In this document: one piece after another, positions 25,301-38,221 of the stretch
Position numbering within the stretch: the stretch's first letter is position 1
Layout: every line of letters begins with the position of its first letter
NCBI GenBank assembly: GCA_040954595.2
Contig: CM082597.2
Coordinates: forward strand, 2,540,449 to 2,604,448
DNA from: Balanoglossus misakiensis
Taxonomy: Eukaryota > Animalia > Hemichordata
Length of the DNA: 64,000 nucleotides
Direction: 5' to 3'
Program-made: the position numbers and the translations under genes
Notes under the pieces: model-generated
Database searches by the model: none
The model's input: only the letters and a program-made list of their open reading frames with translations
Told to the model about the DNA's origin: nothing

Positions 25301-26432
25301 CTGATGTGAAATATGCATGGTCCTTTTCAAAACTGGAGAATATCACAAGGCCGCTTCATTACACTCGTAATCAAGGCCCACTTCACGTCGTGCGTCATCA
25401 GCTCGAGATAAAATATCGACGGAGAAATAGAGTTACACAGTTGAGCTATCATTTCGATGAAGACAGACCGAACGAGTTTCTTTGTTCGGCGGTGTGAGTC
25501 GTGACGGACGCGTCAGTGATGTCATTTTTTCTACATGAGAAGCATCAGAGCGTATAATGATCACGGTTGGACAATGGCGATGCAAACAGAAATTTCCATT
25601 AGTTGTAATGAACAACGCTTGATGGACAGATTACTGACAATTGAGAGAGTATCATGTTGGCTGATATATATCTTGTTTTTCTCGGAGCTCTTCGGGGTTT
25701 ATTACGACGATGACGCAAAATGTGTCGATGTTTTCGAGGCCGACTGAGTCTTACAAAAGCATGTCTTGAGATTGGTTACATATAATGGATGTTACTGTTC
25801 GTTGCTTTGCTGTTTGGGCAAATTACATGACACGCGTTTTCTAGCATATATCTATCTGTCAATAAAATAAGGATGACCAAAATGAATCAACAAAACATCA
25901 ATGTCTATGCTCATAGAATTGCTATGATGTTAAGGGGTTTGCGACCTGACCGTCACTGGTTGGCACCGCTATGTCTCGTTACCCGCGTTCTTCGTCAGTC
26001 AGCGTCAATTATGACGTCATTGGATGTGCTGGGGGCATCCTTTAGATTATAGCTAGTGCCGGCAGGCGAATATCAACCGTTTACTTATTACAACCGCAGA
26101 AAGTAATATACCCTGAAACAAAGCGATGTATAAAAGGGTCCTTGCAGTATTCATTAAAGCAGTTGACGTCGCTAATGGAGTTCACGCCAGGTCACATTCC
26201 GCCAGTCTTAGCAGCGAAAGATAACGTTCTGCGCATGACAAAAATGTTTATTACATTTATACATTTTATTTATTCCCCTTTCATTAATGTTATCGACTTC
26301 ATTATTTGCCAATATTTGCCACCCCGTGATGTCAAATGGCTGTTCTGAGAGCTCTTTTCAACAGCTAATTTTAAAACTCAAAACCAATTACATGTACTAC
26401 AACGTGTTGTTCTGAATCTATAGATGGACAAG

Positions 26433-26481
<49 letters not shown>
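26433..26481 (+). repeat. (GACA)n microsatellite
   Basis: Run of cagacagacagaca. Confidence 0.95.
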
Positions 26482-28830
26482 TTCTTATGTGACACTGAGG
26501 TGGCAATAGGAACTGAATGCACGACGGCAGATCTGGATTACGTCATTTACGTTGGACACTTCGGCGACCTTATTTTTTTCTCCAAGAAAGTGAAAGTGCG
26601 GACGTCATCACGACTGTGGTTGTGATACGCTATTAGCGCGGTCCGCCGTCCCTCAGCTTAATTACCTCCTTGATAAAACTCTGTCAGATCGCGTTGACGT
26701 CATCAGTCAAATCAACCACCAATTTAAGGAAATGGGACTCGTCGTCTCCATGGTGATGAACATCATCCGCGAGCTACATCACAGACAACTGCCGTCATTC
26801 AGCCCTCGCAGCGTGTCAGTCTGTCGTCGGTCTCTATTCTACGAATTCTTCGGCGGTTTTTCGCTCTATTACCGCAGTGTCACGAAGATTTACTGTTCGG
26901 GGCGACAGAGAGACAAGTACAAATTGCTTTCACGCGAAAAACCAATCAAGCTTACGACGTGTCACTCGTTCCTGACAGAATTACGGCAAATTCGGGTTGT
27001 TGTATTGTTTCTTGCTTCATCATCACATGTGACCGTCACGTGACGTAGCCACTCCGCAAGTCTGGGGCCAGACATTTCGCTGAAAACTGATACATATAGC
27101 TTTGATGTTGGTTTTGATTGTTCATGTTGTATTTAAGAAAAAAAAATATGAGTAACGATGCATTGTTTGCCCTGATACACAGTGCAATACAAAGTAACAA
27201 CTCCATTGCGGGCAATGATATACATTTTAGCAATTATACTTTGTATCTAGTTTGACCTCTCAGCAACTGTGTCGCACGGGACAAATACCCGCAACCGCAG
27301 ACTGGACGGCACCCTCGCTTTAAAATACAGTCGTCACAATTCTGTGAGAAGATACAGCTGCCTCAGAGAAGGAAACTGTGAGTGGCCTCTCTCAGTATAC
27401 AGAAAAATTTACTTGCGCCCTCGAGGGATAGGGTTTCTTGGACCCGGCAGGGACAGGGCCAAAACATGGCGGCCGACACTGGAATAAAAAACCCGAAAAT
27501 ACTCGTTAGATTTCACTCGTTACTATCGCATTACAGATGTGTTCGTGAGTTACAGTTACACTTTGCGTGCCAATAGTTAGAAGTGCTAACACACATTTAT
27601 TTTTACGGTCAGACGACATCATTTGGCGCCAAACAAGTTGTCAAGGTGACGTCAAATGTGATACGCAGGTGTTAACTCAGCGCGGGAATTTCTGTCGCGT
27701 ACACTACTCATTGCATACAATGTTATTCGAAGTGACGACACCCTGAACGGCTGTTTCACACAAACAGGAAAAAAATCGGAAATAGGTCTGATATTTGTGC
27801 TACGTTCTCCGAGATTGTTTCCAAAGCATTACATTCGATGACGTCTTTCGATGTTTGCGTTATTTCAAATAAACTTCGGTTATCCGTGGGGTGCAATTTA
27901 CAAACTACATTTATGCGGGAAATTAAAGCGCTTTGATGAACCATGTTGTCGACTGGACGTAGAGTGAAAACATGGTTATGACGACCAACGCGTAAGAATG
28001 CATTCAGAAGATTGCACTGTCAAACCGAATACTAGAATCCCGGGACTTTCCTACAAACAAGCTAAGTAAAGGAATTCGAAGCGGATGTTTTTGCGCTTCG
28101 CTGAGTATTATTCGACGTGTTTGATGTGGCGCCGCGGAAATTTTGGCACATCGCCGCTTGGTACTCGTATGTCCTGCACGCAGACGACGTCGACGTCCGA
28201 CATGGACCGAAGTTTTTATCATGCCACGTGTGCAGAACAAACTAACACGTCATAAAATGCTCAAAATGTGTCAAGTAGAAAAGAAAAATCGATGTCATTA
28301 TCAGCTGTGATGATCGTTCAGACACATGGACTGTCGTTCAGAATAGAACAATACGCAAAATAGTGGTGTTGATGGAGGGTCGTGACTAGGGGCTTACTTA
28401 CTGGTGGATCTGTCAGAGAACATACGAAAAACAATTTCCAATTTTCAAAGACGAAACAACAAAATCAAGTCCACCCAACACTCTTAATTTAACCACTTGC
28501 CGTCGGGATTCATATATTTCCACTGACACACAGGCCTATGCTAAAATTTCCATGCAATCAGTATTGGGGAGAAGCAAAGTACAGTTGAACGCCAGAGGGC
28601 GTTATTCTTATGACGTCACCGGCACACACGTGTATCGATCCAGCAGAACGTTCCCACGTCATTCTGAGGCCGGTTCATTTTGTTCGACATTCTGCTTTGA
28701 TGCTTAATCCGGTATATCGCGCGATATATTAAATATAAATTTTCAGAGTTCGCTTTAACTCACTTGGTACAGCTGTGTGTCTGACGTAAATTGGACAGCG
28801 TTTATTGATGAGATGTTCGTATAGTCTGAA

Positions 28831-29259
28831 TGACGTCACATATCCAAAGCTTCGATATGCTAATACCTACGGTTACTCGATGGAAATACTGTAGTAATGG
28901 ACCTCAGTCTACTATAGATGGTACGCTATATTTGCATTTGAGCTCCGCCCACTGATTGACGTCACATATTAAAAGCTTCCATATGCTAATACCTACGGTT
29001 ACTCGATGGAAATAGTAATGGACCTCAGTCTACTATGGATGGTACGCTATATTTGCATTTGAGCTCCGCCCACTGATTGACGTCACATATTAAAAGCTTC
29101 CATATGCTAATACCTACGGTTACTCGATGGAAATAGTAATGGGACTCAGTCTACTATAGATGGTACGCTATATTTGCATTTGAGCTCCGCCCACTGATTG
29201 ACGTCACATATTAAAAGCTTCCATATGCTAATACCTACGGTTACTCGATGGAAATAGTG
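28831..29259 (+). repeat. 121-bp tandem repeat, about 3.5 copies
   Basis: Near-identical units, with CRE starts at 28831, 28957, 29078 and 29199 (periods 126, 121, 121). Confidence 0.95.
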
Positions 29260-29589
29260 GATGACACATGCAAGTTGCAATTTATGTTGTTGAAAAATAT
29301 CTAATTTGCTCCATTCGTTAATATCAATCACGTGATATGGCAATGTGACCCACGGCGTTGTCATTTCCAGGTGACGGGCAAGCAATATTTCGGCATCCAG
29401 TAAAAGTTTTTCCGAGTATTTTTTTACTTAAGAACCGCATGATTGTTGCTAAAGTTGCCCACCATCTGGAAATTTAAATGTCAACGTAACTGCGCCTGGG
29501 CGCGTCTGACGTCATTTGATATCGAAGAACAATCACTGAAAGTCATTATAGGAATCTGTTTCTTGTTTAAATACAGTGGAAAAATGTCG

Positions 29590-29818
29590 TATGCTATATT
29601 TGCATTTGAGCTCCGCCCACTGATTGATGTCACATATCCAAAGCTTCGATATGCTAATACCTACGGTTACTCGATGGAAATAGTGATGGAACTCAGTCTA
29701 CTATACATGTACATGTAGATGGTACGCTATATTTGCATTTGAGCTCCGCCCACTGATAAACGTCACATATCCAAAGCGTCGATATGCTAATACCTACGGT
29801 TACTCGATGGAAATAGTA
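29590..29818 (+). repeat. Two further, slightly decayed copies of the 121-bp unit
   Basis: Same gctatatttgcatttgagctccgcccactgat...gctaatacctacggttactcgatggaaatagt text. The CRE is mutated to TGATGTCA and AAACGTCA. Confidence 0.92.
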
Positions 29819-29933
29819 TTTTCTGTTCGTTTGAGCGTAGCGAATTAGGACAGAAATGTTTTCTTGGCGTTGGCTGTACACACCTGTGAGGGTTAATATG
29901 CTAATGTGAGTCCATATATAAATGCCTGTAAGA

Positions 29934-30310
29934 AGTCTGGTTCCCTGCCCCAATCCCACCGCTGGCTGCGCTACGCTAAAGGGAAAGGGGTCAGGTACGG
30001 CCCGATTTCACACCCAGAAACCTGGGTAGACCACGTGATCATAAACAAGATGGATGCCTCCAATGTCCGTACGCCAGTCAAGATTCATCCTGGCAGTTTA
30101 TTTTGTTTCGTTTGTTTTAAAGTTGGAAATCGAATGGTAAACATTAATGGAGGTGAAGGAGAGAACGGGAAATGAGTATCTTACAAAAACATATCAACTT
30201 AACAACTTAATGTTTGTACCAATGAGAGCCATGTTTACAATAGGCCGTGCCTGACCCTTTCCCTTTAGCGTAGCGCAGCCAGCGGTGGGATTGGGACAGG
30301 GAACCAGACT
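29934..30310. mobile_element. MITE-like element (~377 bp) with ~68-bp terminal inverted repeats
   Basis: Left arm agtctggttccctgccccaatcccaccgctggctgcgctacgctaaagggaaaggggtcaggtacggcc (29934-30002) is the reverse complement of 30243-30310 with about 3 differences. No transposase ORF. Confidence 0.85.
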
Positions 30311-33145
30311 AATGTTCGTATACATGTACTTGTGGCAGTATCCATCCAAGCCACAGAAAATGTAGGCCTACATCCATGGTGTAACTTGTAAGGCACGACC
30401 CTCTACGCAAGCGAATTGGAAGCTGTGTCAATCGCAAACTATTGAGCGGGCCGGGCTGTGTGTATATAAAAAAGTCGTGACGAATTTGCTTGCTCATTCG
30501 GCCGTCAAACGATTCGTCATACTGCAAATCTACCACACCCCTCCCTGTGACAATCTTTTCGCCGGTCGACACGGCAGCGCGCAATGACGTCATTCACGGA
30601 TTAATCCAAACACAGTTGGATGCATGTCGGCATTTATAAATAGTTCAATAAATCCCCGGCTGGGTCAGGTGTACATAAAGTGCACCTGCGCTGCGACAAA
30701 CAAAAGATGGACACGATTCGTGGCAGACAATAGAATCGACACAGACAGAAATTCCCACATTTTCAGCGACAGTCGCAAGTCGTCCAACCTGTAGGCCATC
30801 TACACCAAAATCAACATTTCATTTGGTCTAAAATTTTAGGGCTTCAATATAACTGTATCATCGGATTTCGTAATCATGTGTACACACTTTTGCGTTTGTT
30901 TTAATCCATTAAATAAATTTGCGACCAGATTGTTGCTAGTTGAATCGTAAATGATATGAGATAGATTGGGCGTAGTGACGTCAGAGTTTTATTTGTTTGT
31001 TTGATTTAGGGGTTATACATTTTGACTCATATCAGAAATCTGTCGGCCGGGCCTCCGGACAAGGTCGAACGCTGGTCAGTGTCTGGTACCCAGGTCTGAT
31101 GGTCATGATATCAATCTGGTCGCAATAAGTGTTTTGTGATTAACACGCATGGGTTGCCAGGTTATCGCTGTTCACCTGGTCGTTGGATGCCAGGCAGTTA
31201 CTAATTTCCTGGCCTCTCCGTGGCATGAAAATACACTTGGAATTTTCAGATCAGCCCGAGGGGGCACTTCCATTCTGACACCACTGTCTCTCTGTATACA
31301 CAAAGGTCAACCTTCGTCCCACATTTAACAAAGGGCAGGTCAAACTATAAAAGCATAGTGGTGAAAATAATGGCCGCACTCCAAAATGTCCTTTGGCAAG
31401 GTTTCCCCTTTGCGTTCCATTTTGGTATACTTGTGTTTCTGCATTTATGATGACCTTCTGACATTCAAAAATCCGCCTCCTTGTAGGATTAACACGACCG
31501 ACCTTGAACGTTTGTCACCACATTTTTGCACCTGCAACAAGAGCGAGCGGTCACATTTGAGCGGGAATTTTTGGCGCCAAATATACAGCTCGCTGTACGT
31601 GTATTGCGCATGCCGGCTTCTGTCTAGATCAAAGAGACATTCTGACGTCATTCCGTACATGCAGAAATATTTGGTGTAAAATCCGAACAATATGGCGGGC
31701 GGAACTGAAAGGCAGATGCCAGCAAACTCGAGCAGTAACTTTGACAACGGACGCGCACCATATTGCACGTTACTATTTTTGTGACCCGTTGAATGTTTTT
31801 CACGGGTCTCCTGTTTTAGTTATGTTCACCTGTCCAATTGAAAAATGCAAATAAACAAAATACCAGCGTTGCTGCCAGGAAGCACGATTCTGTAAGCGCA
31901 CGAGAGATATTAACAGTCAAAAGTGTCGACAGATCCACTCGTTGTCTGGTGAACGGGGTACCTGGCGGGGTTATGATTGACGTCATCGCAGACCTTCGTC
32001 GGTGTTTAAACAGAACAAAACAAAAATAGCCCGGTCGTTTGCAAAGCTGCTGTACCTTTTCAACACGTTTAGATAATGGTGGTACCATAAGAATTAAAAT
32101 ACACTGCACGTATGCCGTATGGTCGTACGACAGATGTGCTCGGAGTGATCGTGTCGTCAGTATCTCGGGTGTTGAGGTACGTTGCCGACTTCAGAACAGA
32201 AAGTAGATTACCGTTTCTTCTATAGATAAAATACTTGACACTAGTAATTACATAATTCAGAGGCGACTTAGTAATAAACAGGTATTTTTGGTCGAAACAG
32301 GTGGCCATCGCTGCCGGGAACTTCAGGTAAACCTGCCAGCAACGGAACTATATCATGAGTAAACATGGTTCGTTCTATTATATTTGTCGGCGGCTATTCA
32401 CAGAGTATCTCGACCAAGAATCAGCTGTCGAAGGCCGGTACAACGCAAGCTACAATATAACGACCTCGCAGTAGGCACCTTTCTTTCAACACCGCACGAA
32501 CTGTCAATACTTCCTCGGGGACATTGTTAGTGTCAGATTCCAAGCACATGTAAAGCTGCCCCAAGCTTTTCCTGCGCCGCATTGAAAGTGTCGTGCTTCG
32601 AGTAGAAAGATACTTTAGAAAGTCAAGGCCGAGAAAATCCAAAAGGCCTGATTGCCCGGATGTCTCGTTTTACCTCGTCTTCCGCTGTGGATGTCGTCAT
32701 CGAAATAGGAACGCAGACACTCTATCTGTAGTTGGAGCTGGCTACATTTTTGTGTGGACGTACGTGCTGCACGGTATCATCAAAAGAATTAGATTATTAC
32801 CTTCCCTGCTGAATGAATATCAACTTACGCTAAATCCTGATGGAAATGTAGAAAACAACAATACTATGAAGGCCCACAAATCGCAAGGACGATCCATGAA
32901 TTTTACACGTCAAGACTCCTTTGAAGGCATCCAAGAAGTCTTATTAAAATTTAATCCAAACGACAACCAGATGCTTTTAGTTATTCGACTGGAGGCGTAG
33001 GTTTTTTAGATTAGTCGTTGATGTGTGTCTATCAATACTGTGAAGTGATGCATTGGTAAGGTTTCAGCAAAATAGTATTACAGTCTGGTTTCTCTGTTAT
33101 GCGTCACTATTTCTCAATGTCAGGCATGGATGGTCCGCATATCGA

Positions 33146-33220
33146 GACAGACAGAAAAGAAAGACAGACAGACAGACAGACAGACAGACAGGGAGGCACA
33201 CAGCCAGTCAGACAGACACA
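33146..33220 (+). repeat. (GACA)n microsatellite, imperfect
   Basis: agacagacagaaaagaaagacagacagacagacagacagacagaca. Confidence 0.9.
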
Positions 33221-36200
33221 GCAAGAGATATACAGGAAAGACAGCGGTGGGGCTCTAGTGGCCAATGAACTACCTGGGACAGGTCTGGTCATTATTCCTT
33301 CTATAAGGGTTACTATAGCAACTATCCAGGCAACGCAGTCACCAGGGAAGGCATTTCGTAAACTATTACGACTGCAGTCAACAGTGTTTATGAGTCTTGC
33401 CTGATTTCAAACACGCCCATTGCACTAAACTTCAATAGACGACAAGTATGTGGCCGTGCGTTGCAGGAGAAAAGGTCAACGACCTGGGTGCCAGTATAGA
33501 CAACACATTATATGCACATAGACAATATATCATGAACATATAGACAACATATCATGTACACATAGTCATAGACAACATATCATGTACATACATATAATGT
33601 ACCGGTTCACATTCACAACACTAGAATCCGCACAGTGCCCAGGCTGTAGTTACTCATGCGCAATGCCTTGGCACCTGAACCTGTTTGTGTTATTTTCCAC
33701 GATTCGTATTTCACTCGCTCTTGCTTATAGAAGTTATACATTTTAGGAAAAGGTAGCGTCAGTGTTGATATATGACTTCCTGGTGGTTCAGAAAGTGACG
33801 ACTGAGCAACTTCAAATGTTGACATATTCACGTTCATACAGTATAAGAATCTGTCTTAGTTTTTAAAGCTGTAAGTTACGGCAGTGGTTACGGGAAGAAC
33901 TTTGGTTTTAGACAGACTATGAGAAAATGCCAGTTACAACGATGAATTGGGCGGAAATGCCCCGGGTTTACAAAAACGATATCATTATGGGATGGCGCAT
34001 CAACAGTGATAAGGGTTATATTACTTTAAAAGGCCGAATTTCAAAGATCTGAGCCAAAGGGTAATTAGCTTAATACAGGGTTATTCACAAAATACGGCCA
34101 TGGAAGGAAAACTCAATACACGACCTTTGTACATGAAAACACAGAAATGGTTTGTTGACACTACTGCTGGTACTCACAAAAAATTATGACGTCATTGATA
34201 TTCTCACAATTGCCTACGAGGACCGGGCATGGGTATAAAACTGGCCAGCAACTCAAGATATTTTAGCGGGCTCAAGGATATAAATACATGGGTTTATAAT
34301 TGAAACCATGAACCGACTTCACAAGCATCTCCGATGAAAATATAAAATAAAGTATATATGACGTCAAAATAGCAATTCTGTCTCTGAGAGAATTTCGGCT
34401 CTTTGAGAATTCTGGTTGAATGGAAGTATTTATTAGTATTCAAAAACAATTGATGCCACCTGTGTGTCCTTGCCACAAGTTGATAGTGGGGGGGGGGGGG
34501 GGCAAGTATAGACCCAAAGCGGCGTTCACGTTCGAATGGAACCTCTCCATTTGGCCTTGGCTTCAAGTCGCCGCGTCGCCGAGTGCCGCGATATTTTCGC
34601 AAGAATGTCGTCATGCACCTTGATTTATTCGGTAACCAAATCTCTAATCGCTGCCCAGCCACGGGCAATCTCGGAGACGTCGGATGATAGACGTGTTTAC
34701 AGCGTGTTTTCATCGGGCCAATGACGTCATTCGCCCGCCATATTGAATTATGCATGAAGGGGTAAAGGGAGTGCTTTTGAAACACGGCGTTGAAAGCGAC
34801 AGAGCTGGCTGAAAAACAAAATTTGATTCTTCGTGCGGACAAATTAGACGACATTCAAGGCTTTGTTGGGCAATAAAGTCTGTCCCACGGCAAACACGCC
34901 TCGCCACTTTTCGCGCGATTGCGTTTAATATAAAGGGAGCCTGTGTTACAAGACGTGTTTAAAACGCGATAATCAAGACGCGCCTCCCGCGCTCTTGATC
35001 AAGGCTTCACGTTCGTCTGACCTTTCTCAGTTCTTGGAAAACAGGAAAGGGGCTTAAAGGCAAAACAATGTTTAGTCTTGACTTCTGTTGAGGTAAACAT
35101 GATACAGAGAGAGAAGAAAAGTTAAAAATGTATTTCCACTGTGGTCCCATGTTCAAAAGTAAACAATTAAGTTGAACCACAATCCCTCTATTAGTGGAAC
35201 TGTGGGCCAACCTCAAGCCATTTCATCATATGTTTTGTACCCACATCTAGGCCATGGACACCAAACAATTGGACAGTTGAAAATCCTATACAGTTTGATC
35301 AAAAGGTTGCCAACCTCAGAACCTTGACCTTGTGAATAAGACGACAAAAGACACACATCATATTGAGACTATGAATTCAGGAACACAAGTCACGATGCTG
35401 CCCACAACTTTTCTCTCGGACTTCGGTTTCACGGGACAAACTAAAATGTTAGCAAGAACCTCCCTGTAGACGCAATTAATTTTTCTGGCTCTTTTACGGG
35501 GGCGGCAATTACCCGTGGGGGGACAAAACAGCGCGCCTAACAATCGTTTCGTGACTGTAGGTGTCGCTTTGCCGGCTTCATACACAGGATAATGATACAA
35601 ATTGGAAACGTGCAACCAACTTGCGTGTGGGACAATTGTGGCTGTCAGTGTGGGCGTAGACGGGAGGGTCTCCTGTGGTGCTGTGCTGGAAGGTATCGTC
35701 TTTATCACACAGTACAGTCGCCCTGACCGCCACGAGTTCTTCCGCACCCCTCCCCCCCTCACACACACAACCCCCTTCACAACCCCACATCCACACACAG
35801 GCGCTGGACAGTTTGTTCAAATCGAAAGAAACAACTATGCAGAAGCTGCCTACCTACTCTGCATGCGTGCACTTACAGCGCGTGTGTTTGTTATTTGCGA
35901 GCTGGCTGAATTTGTTAGTGTTGTTGTGATGATGGTGATGATGACCCAAGCACAACACCGGTCTTTGAGATCGCATAAAGCAGAATAACATCTTAGATAA
36001 CATGCTAACACGAAAACATCCGTTCTCTCTTTCCCTTTGGATCTGTACTCGTGAGATTCCCGAGAGGTTGGGAAACTCAGTCGCCATAGCAACGCTCCAG
36101 TGCATCATTTTTATCTTCCGGTGTACATTCTTCCATTTTTCAGACCAACAGAGAGGAGATAATTAGCGCCTTTCAATTGCAACAGCATGCACGGAAAGTC

Positions 36201-37852
36201 ACGAAGCTGCCCCCCCCCCCTCCCCCACCCACCCACCCACAAAGTATCAGATGCCCAATTAAGATCCCAGAACTGAAATGATTATAATCACTGTCAGGGA
36301 GAGTGTCCCAAAACCACAGAGTATAAAAATTAAATATTAAATACCACTCGTCTGGAGAAATTACGCGGAGACGAACCATCAAAATCAAGGCTGTTACGTA
36401 GTTGCTTAGGGATCCACCAATTGATATTGATAGTGGGTGGCCAACAATTTAAATAAAATTGTTTTGTGTATCTACTGCAGTTTTTTGTTCAAATTCGCGA
36501 AATATGGTGAAAAGTTCTAGATGATGACCCTTTAACTGGAGCAGATCGTAGTGGAGGAGATATTACACGAAATGCAAAAATAAAATGGTTGGGTTGCTAG
36601 ATGGGCGGATTATGTATTTTTTGTCACGTGATATACCCAGCAACTAAAACGCAATCGTTTTATCCGTGTCCTTTCTAAACGCTGTTTATGACACGATCAC
36701 GAATAGCCCCCAAGTTATAAACTCCAGTTTTGAAGAGTGCGCGTGACGTCATCGTCGTCGTGGCGACGCGCGCTGCCATTATCCCCCTAGTCTTCGACGA
36801 ATCTATCGGTCTTTCACCGCGCAATAGTTCGACGGGTAACCATGAGTTCCTTTTGTTGTTGAGTCGCAAAGATGATTTTAAGTGCATTGTACAGGAGAAG
36901 TCTCTTTCAGGAATGTTAACAAAATGATATCTGCATACACTTAAATTGGCAACAATAGCATTACAGGCCACCCAAACTCTATCTTGTTTATAGAGCAACC
37001 CTCTTCTTTATTCAGTGTGTAATCTTTCTTCGCATCACGATTTGGACAGTTTCTGATTCGTAAATCGAGCTGGGCGTTGACACAGAAAACAAGGTTAACT
37101 GTCCTAAGCATGTTTGCGATCATTGCCTTTTCAATCATATGGAATACTTATAGACAAGACAAAGTTTTTCCGTCTGGGGTCTATTTTACCGTATCCGTTT
37201 ATGCTTTTTGCGCGAGGGTATGCAATTTCTTAGCATTTTTGCTACTCGATATTATCTTGTCACTGAAATCAGATTTCGAAGTTTTCCACTGACTGAAATC
37301 AAGTTTCGAAGTATGATCTTTTACGATAATCAGCTATGCCTGATGGTCATTTTATATCAATTAATTTTAATATACTATACCTATGACGTTAGTTGTGCCA
37401 TCCTTGATAACGCCAAATTATTCATCTAATTGTTATTGATGAAACTCTGTTGATAAATTTGTCATTCATACGACACATATCTTTCGCTTTGGATGATAAA
37501 GACATGACGCAAGATGACGTCATCGTGCTGTATTTATTACGCCTATGACTAGAGGCGGACCGAGCAAACAAGCAGGCAGATTTCAATGTAACGACATGAG
37601 CATATTTGAATAAACTTTACTCCGGAAATATTTTTAAATACATATACAGGGATAAAATAAACTTATAGACGAAAGAACACGCACAGAGAAAAACGAAACA
37701 GCGAGATACAAAAATGATTTTCAAAAAGTTAAAAAAGTGTACACCAACTTTCTATACATCTCTTGGATGTTTGAACTGACAAATGCATGCGGAACATTCT
37801 TAAGCAGGCTCTGGTATCGATTGTGGCTCTACAAATTGAGACATTGTCTTGG

Positions 37853-37931
37853 TTGTTTTCTTTGTTTTGTTTTGTTTTGTTTTGTTTTGTTTTGTTTTGT
37901 TTTGTTTTGTTTTGTTTTGTTTTGTTTTGTT
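37853..37931 (+). repeat. (TTTTG)n microsatellite
   Basis: About 14 perfect pentamer units. Confidence 0.95.
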
Positions 37932-38191
37932 CATTACACCTGCTAAGCTAAGTTCCCTTTTGCAAGAAGCGTTGCTGAATCGAGGTCACTTTTGGAGGTT
38001 ATTCACTCCCCCGCCCACGTGACAAACCTCAGGCTATGACCATTCCCGCTATCAGTATTCATGGCGGTGGGGCCAATCAAATTTAATGATGCCATTTTGT
38101 TTACAGTCCTTTTACGTGTAATTCGAGACGTGTCTGTTGCTTGAAAATGGCCTGTCGTTATAAGGGGGAACCATTTGCCTATGAAATAGTT

Positions 38192-38221
38192 TGACAGACA
38201 GACAGACAGACAGACAGACAG
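38192..38221 (+). repeat. (GACA)n microsatellite
   Basis: gacagacagacagacagacagacagaca. Confidence 0.9.

Noticed and set aside
28831-29818. Regularly spaced repeats as a possible CRISPR array
   Set aside because: Whole 121-bp units are repeated with no unique spacers, there are no cas genes, and the context is eukaryotic.
32421-33000. 135-aa plus-strand ORF with CPDV..RCGC resembling a cystine-knot end
   Set aside because: In-frame stop immediately upstream, no signal peptide and incomplete Cys pattern.
34294-36108. Overlapping 100-186 aa ORFs in the spacer
   Set aside because: Low-complexity translations driven by G/C runs and CA repeats, with no domain motifs or splice-consistent chain.
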